Assembly (NCBI GenBank): GCA_951406725.2
Contig: OX597818.1
Coordinates: 27,404,001-27,468,000, forward strand
Length of the DNA: 64,000 bases
Source of the DNA: Octopus vulgaris
Taxonomy: Eukaryota
Direction of reading: 5' to 3'
The notes under the pieces: generated by a model
Database searches by the model: none
Seen by the model: the letters and a program-made list of their open reading frames with translations, nothing else
What the model was told of the DNA's origin: nothing
Part shown: piece after piece, positions 1-12,475 of the stretch
How the letters are laid out: each line of letters opens with the position of its first letter
Position numbering within the stretch: the first letter of the stretch is position 1
Made by a program: the position numbers and the translations under genes

Positions 1-147
1 TTGCCAATCTCCACGATTGCTGGCAACTGCTTCCCAGTTAGTAATATTGATGTTGCAGGCATTCATGTCCCTTTTGCATGTTTATATATGTATACACACA
101 CACAAACACATATATACATACATACATACATGTATATAAATATATAT

Positions 148-328
148 ATGATTAAAATCAAAATATGCAACAAGGATGTCCAGGGGTAATGCATTACGAT
201 AAATAACTTGAAAGCATTTGCAAATGCAGATACGGTGTATGTAAATTGTTGTACACACACTCATATGTATGTATGTATGTACGTATATATGTATGTATGT
301 AAGTATAATATGTATGCATGTATGTATA

Positions 329-374
<46 letters not shown>

Positions 375-433
375 TTATATATATATATAAATCTATATAC
401 CTATGTGTTCATATATGTATATATATAGAAATG

Positions 434-464
<31 letters not shown>

Positions 465-571
465 GTGTGTGTGTATGTGTATGTGTAGCTATATATATAT
501 ATGTATATCCCTAGGCATCTATGCAAACACCTGTATGGACGTTAAACACAAAATATTTGTCCATATATATA

Positions 572-618
<47 letters not shown>

Positions 619-1500
619 TCTATATGTGTATGCATTAAGTTACCTGAGTTATATACATATAATACTATAGATAATATATATATGCATATATACATATATA
701 TATATGTACATGCTTACACCTATAAAATTATTATTATTATTTTATAGTAGCTTTAAATAAATCTAATCCTTGTACCCCTATTAATTTGTACTCAGCTTAT
801 ATAAGGTAATACCGGTATCTCGACAACTTAAGATAGTCCAATATAATTAAATCAGTATATAGTTGACATGTTCTTTAACCTCAATTGCTCCCTTATTAAA
901 TACCAGTTAAATCCAATTGCTCAATCTCCATAGAAACCATATAATAAGTTAGTATTTAGATAAGAAATAAGTAAATAAATATTAAACTATTTCTTTGCAA
1001 ATTAGTTTTCCTCCCTCTATTGTGATAAAAATGTGGGTTACTGCCTTCTGTTCTGTCAGCCTTAGATATACAAGGGATTTGATAAACTAGTCTATAAATT
1101 AAAACTGACCCCATAAAAACAAAAAATCAGTGACAGGCAGAGTCTGTAACAACATATATCTTCTTGAAAATTCACTTACTTCTATGCTGGACTAAAACAG
1201 CATGTTCTTTTTAACTTCTTGGAGATTTTAGGTATAATTATACTAATGTATCCATCTGTTCTAATTTAATTAAATTCTATGTCCTTGTGCAGCTGAAGAT
1301 TGCTCTGAATTTTAAATTGATGTAATGATTGCATTGTTCAATTAAATGGAGTTGCACAAAACGATTGTACTGCATTACCTCTGGATATCCTTGTTGCTTA
1401 TTTTGATTTTAATCATCTTACTTTGAAATTGTATGGATAATACCGTACTAAATTCTAGTGCCTCAACTTAAATACCATATTTATCTGAATCTAAATTTTT
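148..1500 (+). mobile_element. decayed Penelope-like element remnant with inverted terminal segments
   Basis: 148-200 is the imperfect reverse complement of about 1366-1416. A hammerhead-like motif lies at 1288-1374. The same terminus recurs on the - strand at about 25490-25640. Interrupted by (TA)n/(TG)n. Confidence 0.55.
1288..1374 (+). ncRNA. degenerate type-I hammerhead ribozyme
   Basis: UGCAG-CUGAAGA-long stem II-(c)AAAAC GAUU GUA-CUGCA. Stem I pairs. GAAA is replaced by AAAA. Confidence 0.5.
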
Positions 1501-1529
1501 GCTTATATATATATCTGTATGTATATATA

Positions 1530-1870
1530 TATCATCATCATCATCGTTTAACGTCCGTTTTCCATGCTCACATGAGTTGGATGGTTCGACTTGGGTCTGG
1601 GAAGCCAGGAGGCTGCACCAGGCACCAGTCTGATCTGGCAGTGTTTCTACAGCTGGATGCCCTTCCTAATGCCAACCACTCTGTGAGTGTAGTGGGTGCT
1701 TTTTACATGCCACCGGCACAGGGGCCAGAGGAGGCTGGCAAACGGCTATGATCGGTTGGTGCTTTTACGTGTCACCGACACGGACACCAGTCAGGCGGCG
1801 CTGGCATCTGCCACATTCAGACGGTGCTTTTAACATGTCACCAGCACGGGTATCTTAACTAAAATTTCCA
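1530..1870 (-). mobile_element. 5'-truncated RTE LINE, 3'UTR only
   Basis: (CAT)n tail followed by cgtttaacgtccgttttccatgc..., matching the 3' end of the RT-bearing copy at 18188-19969. Confidence 0.85.
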
Positions 1871-1889
1871 TATATATATATATGTATAA

Positions 1890-2500
1890 ATAAATAAATG
1901 GAGTTTAATGCAGGTATAAATCAAATACTTTTACTTTTGACATATGCTTCGAAGATTTCACTGATATTATTCAAAAGAATAAATGGTATAAAACAATGCA
2001 ATCTTCTCTTCAGGGAAGTGAAAAAAACGAAACTCGTCAATAAGACATTTTAACAGAAAATGATGGATATGTGTAGTGATTTACTGAATTCTATTAATAT
2101 TGTTTGAAAAAAACGTTATATGATATAATATCAGAAGTAGCCTATAGAAAGAGGAGGGATATTTTTAGTGAATGTTAAATATAAAAGAAAATTAATGTTT
2201 AAATTATATATAATGATAGAGATTACTTATATGAACTAAAGGTGTATTTTTGCCAATGTTTATAACAGTATGCACGCGCTATAACCGTGTTTACTAGGGG
2301 ATTTTTAGAAAAAATAATGAAAAATAGTTCAGAATTACAGAGAAGACAGAATTCCTTGCCTTTGTCATAAGGTATCGAAATCGAAAGAATCAACCATTTT
2401 AAATTAAATTGTTCATTGTGGTCTTTTAGATCCCAAATAAATTTACTGAGCCCAGTACTGTTACATTTATTCCTATCCTTAACAAGGGAAAAATACACTC
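1890..2500 (-). mobile_element. Penelope-like (Naiad-like) 3' fragment: GIY-YIG C-terminus plus terminal repeat
   Basis: ORF 2223-2498 contains STGLSKFIWDLK...LKWLIL...PYDKGKEFCLLC..E...LVN...YKH. Hammerhead motif downstream. Flanked by (TA)n. Confidence 0.8.
1929..2024 (-). ncRNA. minimal type-I hammerhead ribozyme (degenerate)
   Basis: Minus strand: CUGAAGA-GAAGAUU...AAUCUUC-GAAG-CAUAUG-UC. Perfect 7-bp stem II base, palindromic stem III, partly paired stem I. Confidence 0.65.
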
Positions 2501-2503
2501 ATC

Positions 2504-2572
<69 letters not shown>

Positions 2573-2576
<4 letters not shown>

Positions 2577-3873
2577 GTTGGCAGCTAAGTCCCTGCCATT
2601 TTTAAAATTAAAATTTTTAAAAAACTTTAATAAAAAATAACAGCTAATTAATCAATAATGTATTCACCCTTGTTGCTTACAACTTCTTCCCAACGTTTAA
2701 CAAGATTTTCAATACCCCGTTGGTAGAAATCACACGATTTAGACTTGAAACATTAATCCAACCAAGCTCTCAATTCTGCATCAGTATTAAACAAAACTCC
2801 ATGCATAGCATTTGAAAGAGAACGAAAGAGGTGGAAATCCATTGGTGCCAAATCTGGAGAGTACAGTGGGTATGGCAGCACTTTCCAGCCATGAGTTTGA
2901 ATGGCTTCCTTGGTCATATTGGCAATATGAGGGTGGGCGTTGTCATGCAGCAGAAGAATTTTATGCTGCCGATTAGGTATTTTCTCTTGAATAGCTGCAT
3001 TGAGTCATTCCATCTGTTGAACATAGAGTTCTATGTTGACTGTTTGGTTCTGTTCAAGCAATTCATAATGGATAATCCCTTCCCAGTTCCACCATACGCA
3101 AAACATTGTTTGATGTGGATGAAGATCTTGTCTCACGCGCGGTGTCACTTGTTTACTGGGGCTAAGCCATTCTTTACACTCCTTCATATGATGTACAGGC
3201 ACCATTTTTCGTTGCCAGTAACGATTCAGTAAAGAAATTGTTACTTGTGTCCATGAGTTGAGTGGTGATGAGCAAACAAACCAGCGGAGATTGTGGCTCG
3301 TTGGTTTTTGTTGTTGTCACTTAAAGCATGCAGAACCCATGCTCCATACTTCTGAACCTTTCCCATCGAGTGAAGATGCTTCTCTATAGCAGTGTGGGAG
3401 CATTCCATTTTCTCTGATAGTTCCCTTGTCGTTTGACAAGAATTTTCGTGTAAAAGTTGGTTTAATTGCTCTTCATCGAACTCAACTGGTCAGCCAGAAC
3501 AAGGTGTCTCTTTGAGGTCAAAATTTCCATTTTTGAACTTGACATACCAATCACAAGCGGTTCTTTCAGCTATGGCACTCTCTCCATACACAGCAGAAAT
3601 GTCACAAGCAGCTTTTGCAGCCTTAGAACCTTGATTAAAAGCAAAAAGAAGGAGATGTTGAAAATGCTTGTTTTTCTTAACTTGACATTCCATTTTAATG
3701 ATCTGAAAATAAACAAAAGTTAACTAAAATTAACTAGAAAAAAACCCAAACAAAACAAAATAGATTCCAACATGATTCAAAAATAGAATTCTCAAAAAAA
3801 TAGATTCCAAAATTTAAAAACACAATAAACTTCAAAATTAAAAAAAAACGCGGGAACTTAGTTGCCAACCCCA
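2573..3873 (-). mobile_element. full-length defective mariner (DD34D) transposon
   Basis: Imperfect TIRs ttcagttggcagctaagtccc / gggaacttagttgccaacccca flanked by TA, about 1.3 kb. Transposase pieces: MECQVKKNKHFQHLLLFAF, WVLHAL, MFCVWWNWEGIIHYELL, and a PDLAP motif. Frameshifted. Confidence 0.93.
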
Positions 3874-5194
3874 TACATCTATACATACATATATACATAT
3901 ATACACATTCTTAGTATAATCTTCAGGCAAAATCAGAACACTGCAGAGAGTGACAAGGCTGATTTTTTAAAAATTACTTATGAGCTTCCACACAGCTTCT
4001 GTCTACCCAGTTTCACTCTCAAAAATATGGCACATGCTCAAGATTCCATACAGTAGCATTGAATCTGGGATCTCATGATTTGGAATGGAACTTCATAACC
4101 ACTTGTCCATACTTTCCACCTTACATACATTATAAATGTGCACTCACAGGGGCATGCATACAAATGCACAAACAGTGACTTTAACGTGGTACTTAATTCT
4201 CACAGTGAAATTTTATAAAAGAAGTTATAAATTTCCCATTTTGTGTCATTGTTTCAATTAAGTTATCTAGGAAATATTGTAGCTGATAGTTATAAAATAG
4301 TTTATTATTTTATTCTATTTTCATTCCCCAAACTTTAGCATTTAGACACATAAAAAAAAAAAGAAAAACAAACAATTTTCTCCTTCCTCATATGACTTGG
4401 TAGTAATAGAAAATAGATATCTGATTCTGAATTTCCCTATACACTCTGTAGGATGTTAATAAATACAAATTATCTGAAAGCCAATCCTTAACTTTTAGTC
4501 ATTATGATAACTATTTTAAGAATAACTTTTTATGTGTAATAGAAGATTGAAATTATGAGTAGAGTGTGTTGTTGGAATTTCCACATGGTGACCTTGATTT
4601 AAGTAGATCAATTAAAAATATCATAAATTCTCTCTTAACAATTGTCATAACTTCAAGAACAATGAATTTGAACATATGTTAAAGGGAATTTGCTAGTTCC
4701 CGGATAAATCTCATGTTCCACTACTAAGAATATCTACAATGTCATAAAGAAAATTTAAAGAAAAACTCACAAAAAAAACCCACAAAATTTTTTAAATGAT
4801 AAATCTTCATTAATTGTTAAGCCTTATTTATAATGTAAATAGTCAGTACATTTAGATCTGGATGTGTCAGATACCTTGTAACACATATTCTGAAGTAAAA
4901 TACCATTTCACAAAAGAGGTAAGGTTTTAATTTTTAATGGAAAGAAGTATTCAAAGAAAACCTCTTTTAACACTTATACACATGCACACTTTCAAATTTT
5001 GCGTTTGTTATTTGTTATATAAACATTGATGTGCCATGAGAAAAGTATTTCAAAAATAGGACTGATGTATTTACATAATACCAAATTCATGGCACATAAA
5101 CAATTTACATCAATCAACAAATAGGCATTATAATACTGCAGAAAATTACAGATAGGAGAATAAATACTGGCTACTGCTGTATACCAAAAGCATA

Positions 5195-5470
5195 CCTCAA
5201 GGTCTCCACAGACAAAATGGAAAAGGCAATGCCCTGGAGGATGGCAAGGGAGATGCACTGAAACAGCTGCTCTGTGTCATGGGATTTGTACATGTGAATA
5301 GCCATCTTCACCCTGATAGTGGTGAGCAGGGATATAGTTCAGAAGCCAAGAATGTCAGAAATCTCCGCTACAACAGGCTTGACTATAAACCTGTCAGAAA
5401 GTGACCAATATCTTGACAGATTTTCTCAGCCTGAGAAGCAGTGGAACCTGGACTGGTGGCTAAACTTACC
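5195..5470 (-). mobile_element. CRE-like non-LTR retrotransposon, RLE C-terminal fragment
   Basis: Minus-strand translation GSTASQAEK..FIVKPVVAEISDILG...EQLFQCISLAILQGIAFSIL resembles the PVAxETLG...LFQRLSxAxQRGNA end of CRE elements. Confidence 0.55.
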
Positions 5471-5674
5471 TACACTAATGATGATTTCTAACATATGCAC
5501 AATATTACATGAACTAGCATACTTAATTATAAGAAGTAAAAACATAGAGGAGATTGAAATCAGGCCGGTTAGGTAACAATATGTGATGTTCAACTAGAAA
5601 AATAGCCTGGCTTCTGTTATATGTAGTGTGGCATACATAAGTTTTAAGCTATGTATGTCAAGCAAGAGTGACTA

Positions 5675-5707
5675 AAATATGGACAGAACTTATGGGATGA
5701 CCTGATA
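5675..5707 (+). mobile_element. isolated mariner terminal inverted repeat
   Basis: ggacagaacttatgggatgacctgaTA matches the TIR of the mariner at 50348-51609. Confidence 0.7.
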
Positions 5708-6319
5708 CTTGTACATATGTTTCTCATGTCTTACTACTTCAAAATGGAGCATCGTATGGGGGAAATTATTTTCATTTACAGACTTCCTATATTTCAAAGC
5801 ATATGATACTACACTTTTCATGGAAAACATGGAAGGTGAAACACTCAGAAATTCCCCTCCCCAACCTCAGTGTGTGATTAGTTTCCTAGTCACTCTTCAC
5901 CACTGGTCTGTATGTATGCATGTGATGGCCATCCACTTGTGACTGAAGACAACTATTATTGACCTTTAAGAAAATTGTGCACTCAGGACTACCTTATACT
6001 TTACACTTGCAGCTCTTGATAAACATACACAACTGCAAACATTGCAAATCCAGCCTTCCCCATTCATTACACTAGCAGTGCGTTTTTGAGCAGCACACTT
6101 AAATTCTTCATGGAGATTATATACTCTTTCAAAGCTATTGACTCCCTTCTTTACCTGTTTCCTCCATCCATGGTGATGACAAACATTGCTCTCCCAGTTA
6201 CCTCCCACATTTCACAGGCCTTTAATGCATGTATGCACATACATACATACATACATACATACATACATACATACATACATACATACATACATACATACAT
6301 ACATACTTACATACATAAG

Positions 6320-7100
6320 ACGTATGGGCACATATCCCGTAAGCTAGAGGGTAACAACAGCATTGACAGGAAGAGTAACTTCTGGTCCTGCAATAGATAC
6401 ATTACATCCCACCTAGAAGGATATACCTTCGCTATCTAGGAACAGGGGATATCTACTAAATTCCTGATAAACAAAAGGGGCAAAGATACCATACAAACTT
6501 ACACGTTGTGATAAAAAAAATGTCGTCTCTGCTATGCCAATGTGAGATATCGCCCACATCATCAGCAGTTGCCCCAAAATGGCTACGAGATACAATCTGC
6601 CCCTGAAGCATGATATAGTTACAAAGACTATTTACAATGCTATTTGTAGGAAGGACTGCCCTGACATATACCTCAAAGGTATGTCAGAACCAGCAGGTAT
6701 CCACACCTTTAAAAACAAGGAATTTTGGTGGAACTCCCCAATCAAAAACATCAGTTCGGTGCAAACAACAGACCTTATATTGTTCAATGGGGCTGGGAAC
6801 AAAAGTTATATGTTGTTGTAAAGGTCAGCTGCCCAGCAGATGTGAATGTACAATAAAAAGTCCAGGGAAAAAAGAGAGCATTAATAATGAATTAACGTGG
6901 AACTTACAGCTCTTGTATCCTGACTATGAATTCTCATTTGTACGTATCATCATAGATACATTAGGTTATGTACCAACAAATTTAAGCAAAAAACTAGAAA
7001 CACTTGGTTTCACGGAAAAAGAACAAAAGAAACTAACGCAGATTCTTTTCACAATATTGACACAGTGAAGATTTGTATGACATTCCAGAAATTCTCCATG
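6320..7100 (+). mobile_element. R4/Dong-like non-LTR 3' fragment (CCHC and restriction-like endonuclease)
   Basis: CRLC...HIISSCP...YNLPLKHD...FWWNSPIK...VSCP.DVN. Homologous to 47700-48450. Frameshifted. Confidence 0.85.
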
Positions 7101-7229
7101 TGAGATTCTTATGTCAATAGACGCACATACTTGGGTCTGTGCATCGACAGTTCAGCCAACATACATACATACATACATACATACATACATACATACAAAT
7201 AAAAATACCCATTTGCTGATGTTGAAAAT

Positions 7230-7485
7230 ACCGTTGTTGACCTTATTCCATCTGACTATCATCTTTTCAAATTATTGTAACAGTATTTAGATGAAGAATG
7301 TTTTATTAATAGTGAAGGGATCAAAAATGATATTGGATGTTTCTTTGCTTTGAAACCTGTGGGCCCAAGAAAACCAACACTTTGCCAAATAGATGGGGCT
7401 ACATTATCAATAATGAGGTTAAATATTATTTTGGCAAAATATATCCCATCTTGAAATGTGACAAGATTTTCTTTCCAACCAAATA
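7230..7485 (+). mobile_element. highly decayed mariner 3' end
   Basis: DLIPSDYHLF (SPDLAPSDY motif), followed by a TIR-like ttccaaccaaata. Confidence 0.5.
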
Positions 7486-8939
7486 GTATGGCAAGATAAA
7501 ACCTTTTTTTCACTTTTTCAAGAAAATAATGAAATCATACTGAAAAGAATTTCATACAGAACTAAATTATTTTACAACAGAATAACTATGCCTGCAATGA
7601 ACATTTTAGTGCAAACAGGCATGTGATTATAGCAATTTTTCTTTCTGGAAAATATTCAATGTAACTTTATTCCTGAACATGTGAACATTGCACAGATTAC
7701 ACCATGTGAATGTTCTCTTATATCAGGCATACATTCAGTAACAAACCAGGCCTCTACTACTATGCTATCTAACTATCAGGTTAACCATTCTATGGTCAAT
7801 ATGCTGTCATTTGCCCAAAATTCCTGTTCTCTATACTGTCAAAAAACCTAATATACTGTGCTGGAAGAGTAAGAAATATAAATACTTGGAAGTGTTATCT
7901 CAGTATATTTTTCAAGAGAAGATTATTTTCTTTTTAAAACTCCAACTTCAGAAAAAAACCCTCATCTAACATAAATTACAAAAAAAGTCCTGATTCTCAT
8001 GGTGCTTAACAAAATCAAGGAAGAATATTTGCAATGCAAAAATACTCTATCCTATTTTGGGGAATTAATGTTTGTTTACATGCCCACTCAACAGCTACAC
8101 AGCTGCACCTTTCCTGAAAAATTAAAGAAAAATTAAAGAAAAAAATTAAAGAAAATGTAAGCACAACAGGCCTGATACAATGATTTGGGATAGAGAAGAG
8201 AAACTGTGTACAATTGTGGAAATTAGCTGCCCAGCGGACGTTAACATAAATGTATCCTGAAAAATTAAAGAAAAGCAGAACAATAGAAAAATACCATAAT
8301 GAATTTAGGAAAAGAGAAACAGGATAGTTGATTTATGGAGAACTATCAGTTATGAGGCATTGCTTATCACATGCAAACAAATAACTGCTCTTACATCAAG
8401 CAAAGAATGAATAATAAAATAAAAACAATGCACAGAAAAAATAAAGAGAACCCTTGTATACAAATTAATCACCCTCAAAGAGAAGCTAAGAGTTGTTAAC
8501 AAAAACTCTGCCTTCAGAAGGGAGCAACTGAAAGACAAAATAATTAACAAGCAATCTAAATTGAAACTAATCAACAGTTTACAGAGACATGCAGGGACAC
8601 TGAATAAATGTCACAGAGCCTCATTCTTGTGAAGATAAAGCATCATTCTGGAAAAAATATCTGGAGTCAGGCTTAAAGAGATTAATCAGAATGTAGAGCA
8701 GTCAGAAGAAATCTTGTATCGGCATTAAACCAAAGGCATCTGACACATTTAGAAATTTTCTCCATGACAAAACACAGTAGGTGGCTTTCTTACAGGTTCA
8801 AAGAGGCCCCAAGCATATTTAAATTGGTAATAACCTTGTATTTATACACATCACTACTTAGTGTTACCAACTTGTAATACATATAAGCATATATTCCCAC
8901 CTACCTACCTGCATACATGCATACATACATAAATACAAA

Positions 8940-9310
8940 AATTAAAACACCCACTAAGTTAAAACACAACCATCCAGATATTATTGTGTGAGATGACAAA
9001 GAAAAAATATGCTGTTTTCGAAATTAGCTGTCCTTTGGGCACAAATGTGGCAAGTAAAATACAAGAGAAAGTGGACATCTATGGACTATTGATAAGGAAT
9101 TCAAAAATCCAATACCCAAGATACACTTCAGCTTTATACATATTATGATCAGAACAACAGGATACATACCAATCCATCTGAAGCAAAGTATAGATGAACT
9201 TGGAATCTTTGTATGGAGAATGCAAATCCTTAATTCATATGATACAATTAATCATGATATCTGGGACTATAAAAATATGCAATACCTTCTTAAGATTTAA
9301 AGGATGATAA
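8940..9310 (+). mobile_element. R4/Dong-like RLE 3' fragment
   Basis: KHNHPDIIV.DDKEKICCFRISCP..TNV..KIQEKVDIYG. A smaller related piece lies at about 8160-8350. Confidence 0.7.
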
Positions 9311-9420
9311 TTAAAAGATGTTTTCGTTCACAACCCCACTACCAAATAGGTGGCCAGTCAAAACTTATTCTAAAATCAAAAAAAAAAAGAAAAAGAACAC
9401 GCATACATACATGCAGGGTA

Positions 9421-9454
<34 letters not shown>

Positions 9455-10099
9455 ATAAACAACCAATATCCCTAGTTGCCTATATCATGTAGGTTTCCAA
9501 TTACATACTGCTAGTTGGTTATCACAGGACTTAGTGAGAGAACCATAGTGTTTTCCATGAAGTTTCAGTACATGAAATTGATTATAGTGATTGAAGTGTT
9601 AAAAAAACTGCACTTAATTTTTTTAGACAGTACAGTTCCTTCCCAGTAGCCCAGCAATGATTGAAACAATCAGAAGCTGAAAGATCATCAGAATATTTTT
9701 CTCTTAGACACATGTTCTAGAGAGCCTTCACTCCAAGATAGACTTCTGGCATGCTCATTCGTCATCACAAGTACTTCTATCTCCTAGCACACCACATTAT
9801 TGAATAGCAATTGACTTGTCTGAATTCATAGTCTTTTGATGTTCAAAACCATGCTCCTTACCAAGTAAGCTTGACGGGGTTGCCAATTTTGTTGCCAATA
9901 ACCGAATCAGATAACTAGGTATACCAGTAATGCTCTCAAGTGACATCACATACATACATACATACATACATACATACATACATACATACATACATGCAAA
10001 CATACTATGCATGTATGTATGTATGTATGTATGTATGTATGTATGTATGTATGTATGTGTGTGTGTGTATGTATGTATGTATGTATGTATGTATGTATG

Positions 10100-10130
<31 letters not shown>

Positions 10131-10744
10131 TTATATATGTATGAATGTATGCATGCATACATGAATGTATGTATGTGTAATGGTTTTGTATATTGGTTAG
10201 AAGTATCGGAGATTACCAGAAATGTAATGGATGCTGTGTTATAGATACATTGGTGATTGGTATAAACGATGAGAAATAACAGTTAAAATGGCCTTTATTT
10301 ACCATCACGATGTGGAACAAGTGCTTCAATTGTTGTATAAAGATTAGTAGAAGTTCTGTGTAAGTTGCTGTGATCATTTGTAAGTTACAGCTATGTTGCC
10401 GAAGGAAGAAAGCAAAGAAGAAAGAGTAAAAAAAATATACCTTTCTGGGGTATCGAATACAGAGAATGAAAGATGTGTTAAGTCGTTGACAGTCACGAGT
10501 AACAAAAGGTAGACTATTAGCCAAGAAGTTAACAGATGACTTGTAAATGTCTGAGGTGCATTTCGTCAGAACAAAGGAAAGAAGTTAGCAAAAACATTTA
10601 AGCTAAGGTTTGAAAAACGAGGAACCATCTGTGTTTCATATGTATGTATGCATGTTCTTCTCTTTCTCTTTTTAATGCCAAGTAAATTTTTAAATAGCCA
10701 ACTATTTGGTAGTAAGGTTGTGAAGGAAAACATCTTGTCTTAAT

Positions 10745-11070
10745 CATTATCGTTTAAATCTTAAGGAGGTCAAACAAGTTTTTATAGCCCTTGATATCGT
10801 GATCATTTGTAGAGTATGAATTAATCTCCACAAAATCTCAAGTTCAGCCATACATTGCCCCAGGTGGGTTGGTATGTATTCTGCTGCCCCAATAATAGTA
10901 AGTATGAAGCTAAAAGTATATCTTGCGTGATAATAGTCCATAAATGTCCTCTTTCTCTTGTATTTTACAAACCACATTGGTGTCCAGAGGGCAGCTGATT
11001 CCCACAACAGTGCATATCTTCTCCATGAGATCTCACACAACAATATCTGAGTGGTTGTGTTTTAACTTTG
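10745..11070 (-). mobile_element. R4/Dong-like RLE 3' fragment, inverted relative to 8940-9310
   Basis: Reverse complement gives KHNHSDIVV.DLMEKICTVVGISCPLDTNV..KIQEKEDIYG and the same 3' end (ttaagatttaaa.gat.at). Confidence 0.7.
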
Positions 11071-12107
11071 TAGCTGTTTAAACTTTAAAGTTCCACTGAT
11101 ATTCTTTTGGCCCATCAGTCTCAATATACAGGGTGACCCAAAAGTTGTTACATATATTGAAGTTCTTAGTTTAACATAAAAAAGTAGCAATTTTATTATT
11201 ATTTTATATCGTTTTAAAGATGTTTTGTCTTCTTTCAGAGATATATTTTTGTCCAAAATTTGAATAGAAAGTGAACGATCTGCTGTAGTTGAGCTACATC
11301 AAGTTGGCAAGTTGCCATCAGAAATTTTGAATCTTCTCAATAGCCTGAAAACAAAGAAAATGTTCATCTATCAAACTATCAATTGATTCAAAAACACTAG
11401 AGTTCAAGATTGAGTGAGAGCAGGACACCCCAGGTCAGTTAGGACTTCCAGGCTCAGAAAATCATCAGTTCGAGAGTTCACAGAAATCCAAGGTGTTCTA
11501 TGAGAAAGATGGCTGCTGAACTGGGTGTTTCAAAAGAATCTTTGAGGAGAGTCGTCAAAAGCAATTTGGAACTTGCTTCATTGAAACACTGGAATGTTCA
11601 TAGCCTATCAACTGCTTGAAAGGGAAAGAGACTCACAAGAAGTTGTGTATTGCTTGAGCAGCTTGATACTCACAGCTTGGACAATGTGCTCTTCACAGAC
11701 AAGAGTTTGTTCACTGTTGAAGAAGCTTACAACAGCCAAACCGATAGGGTCTTTGCAGAAAATTCTCAGTTATGTCCAGAGGATGTCAGGAATATCCACC
11801 GCACTCAAAACCCCTTATCTGTGATGGTTTGGACTGGAGTGTCTTCAGCGGGGAAAACTCCTCTTGTTTTTGTTCACGAAGGAGTCAAAATTAGGGCTGC
11901 AATCTATGAAGAACTCATTCTTGGACCTGTGATGAAACATCTGAGCCAAGAATTGTTCATAGGTGACCTCTTTCTCTTCCAGCATGATGGAGCACCTGCC
12001 TACACTGCCAACAGGACTTAGAGGTGGCTTAGCATTAATGTCCCAGATTTCTTGTCCAAGGAAGAATGGCTTCCCTCAAGCTCAGACCGCAACCTAATTG
12101 ACATTAG

Positions 12108-12387
12108 CAGTGGCAGCTCATGTATAGGCACTGCGGAACTGCAGCATCCCCTATTTCCACTCATTATTATCGATATCATTCAACATAATGTGTACTTTTT
12201 TCTTTAATCCTTTCTTTACACTTGTACATTATATAATCCTTAAGCTTAATGTCAGAAGCTATCCCCTAGTTTAGGAAACAAATACAAAAATCCTTGTATA
12301 GAACTGTGCATTTCACAGTTCCAGCGATGCAGTGTTTGGCTGTAGTGTGCATACTCACATGTCCGAGATAGGAAGCTGCACACTAGG

Positions 12388-12475
<88 letters not shown>

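Noticed and set aside
5191-5475. Apparent minus-strand exon with a GTATG donor
   Set aside because: Translation matches a CRE-type RLE terminus with stops, and no partner exons were found.
9949-10175. (CATA)n followed by (TATG)n forming a hairpin; YIHT/MYVC ORFs
   Set aside because: Ordinary microsatellite arrangement, common throughout the window.
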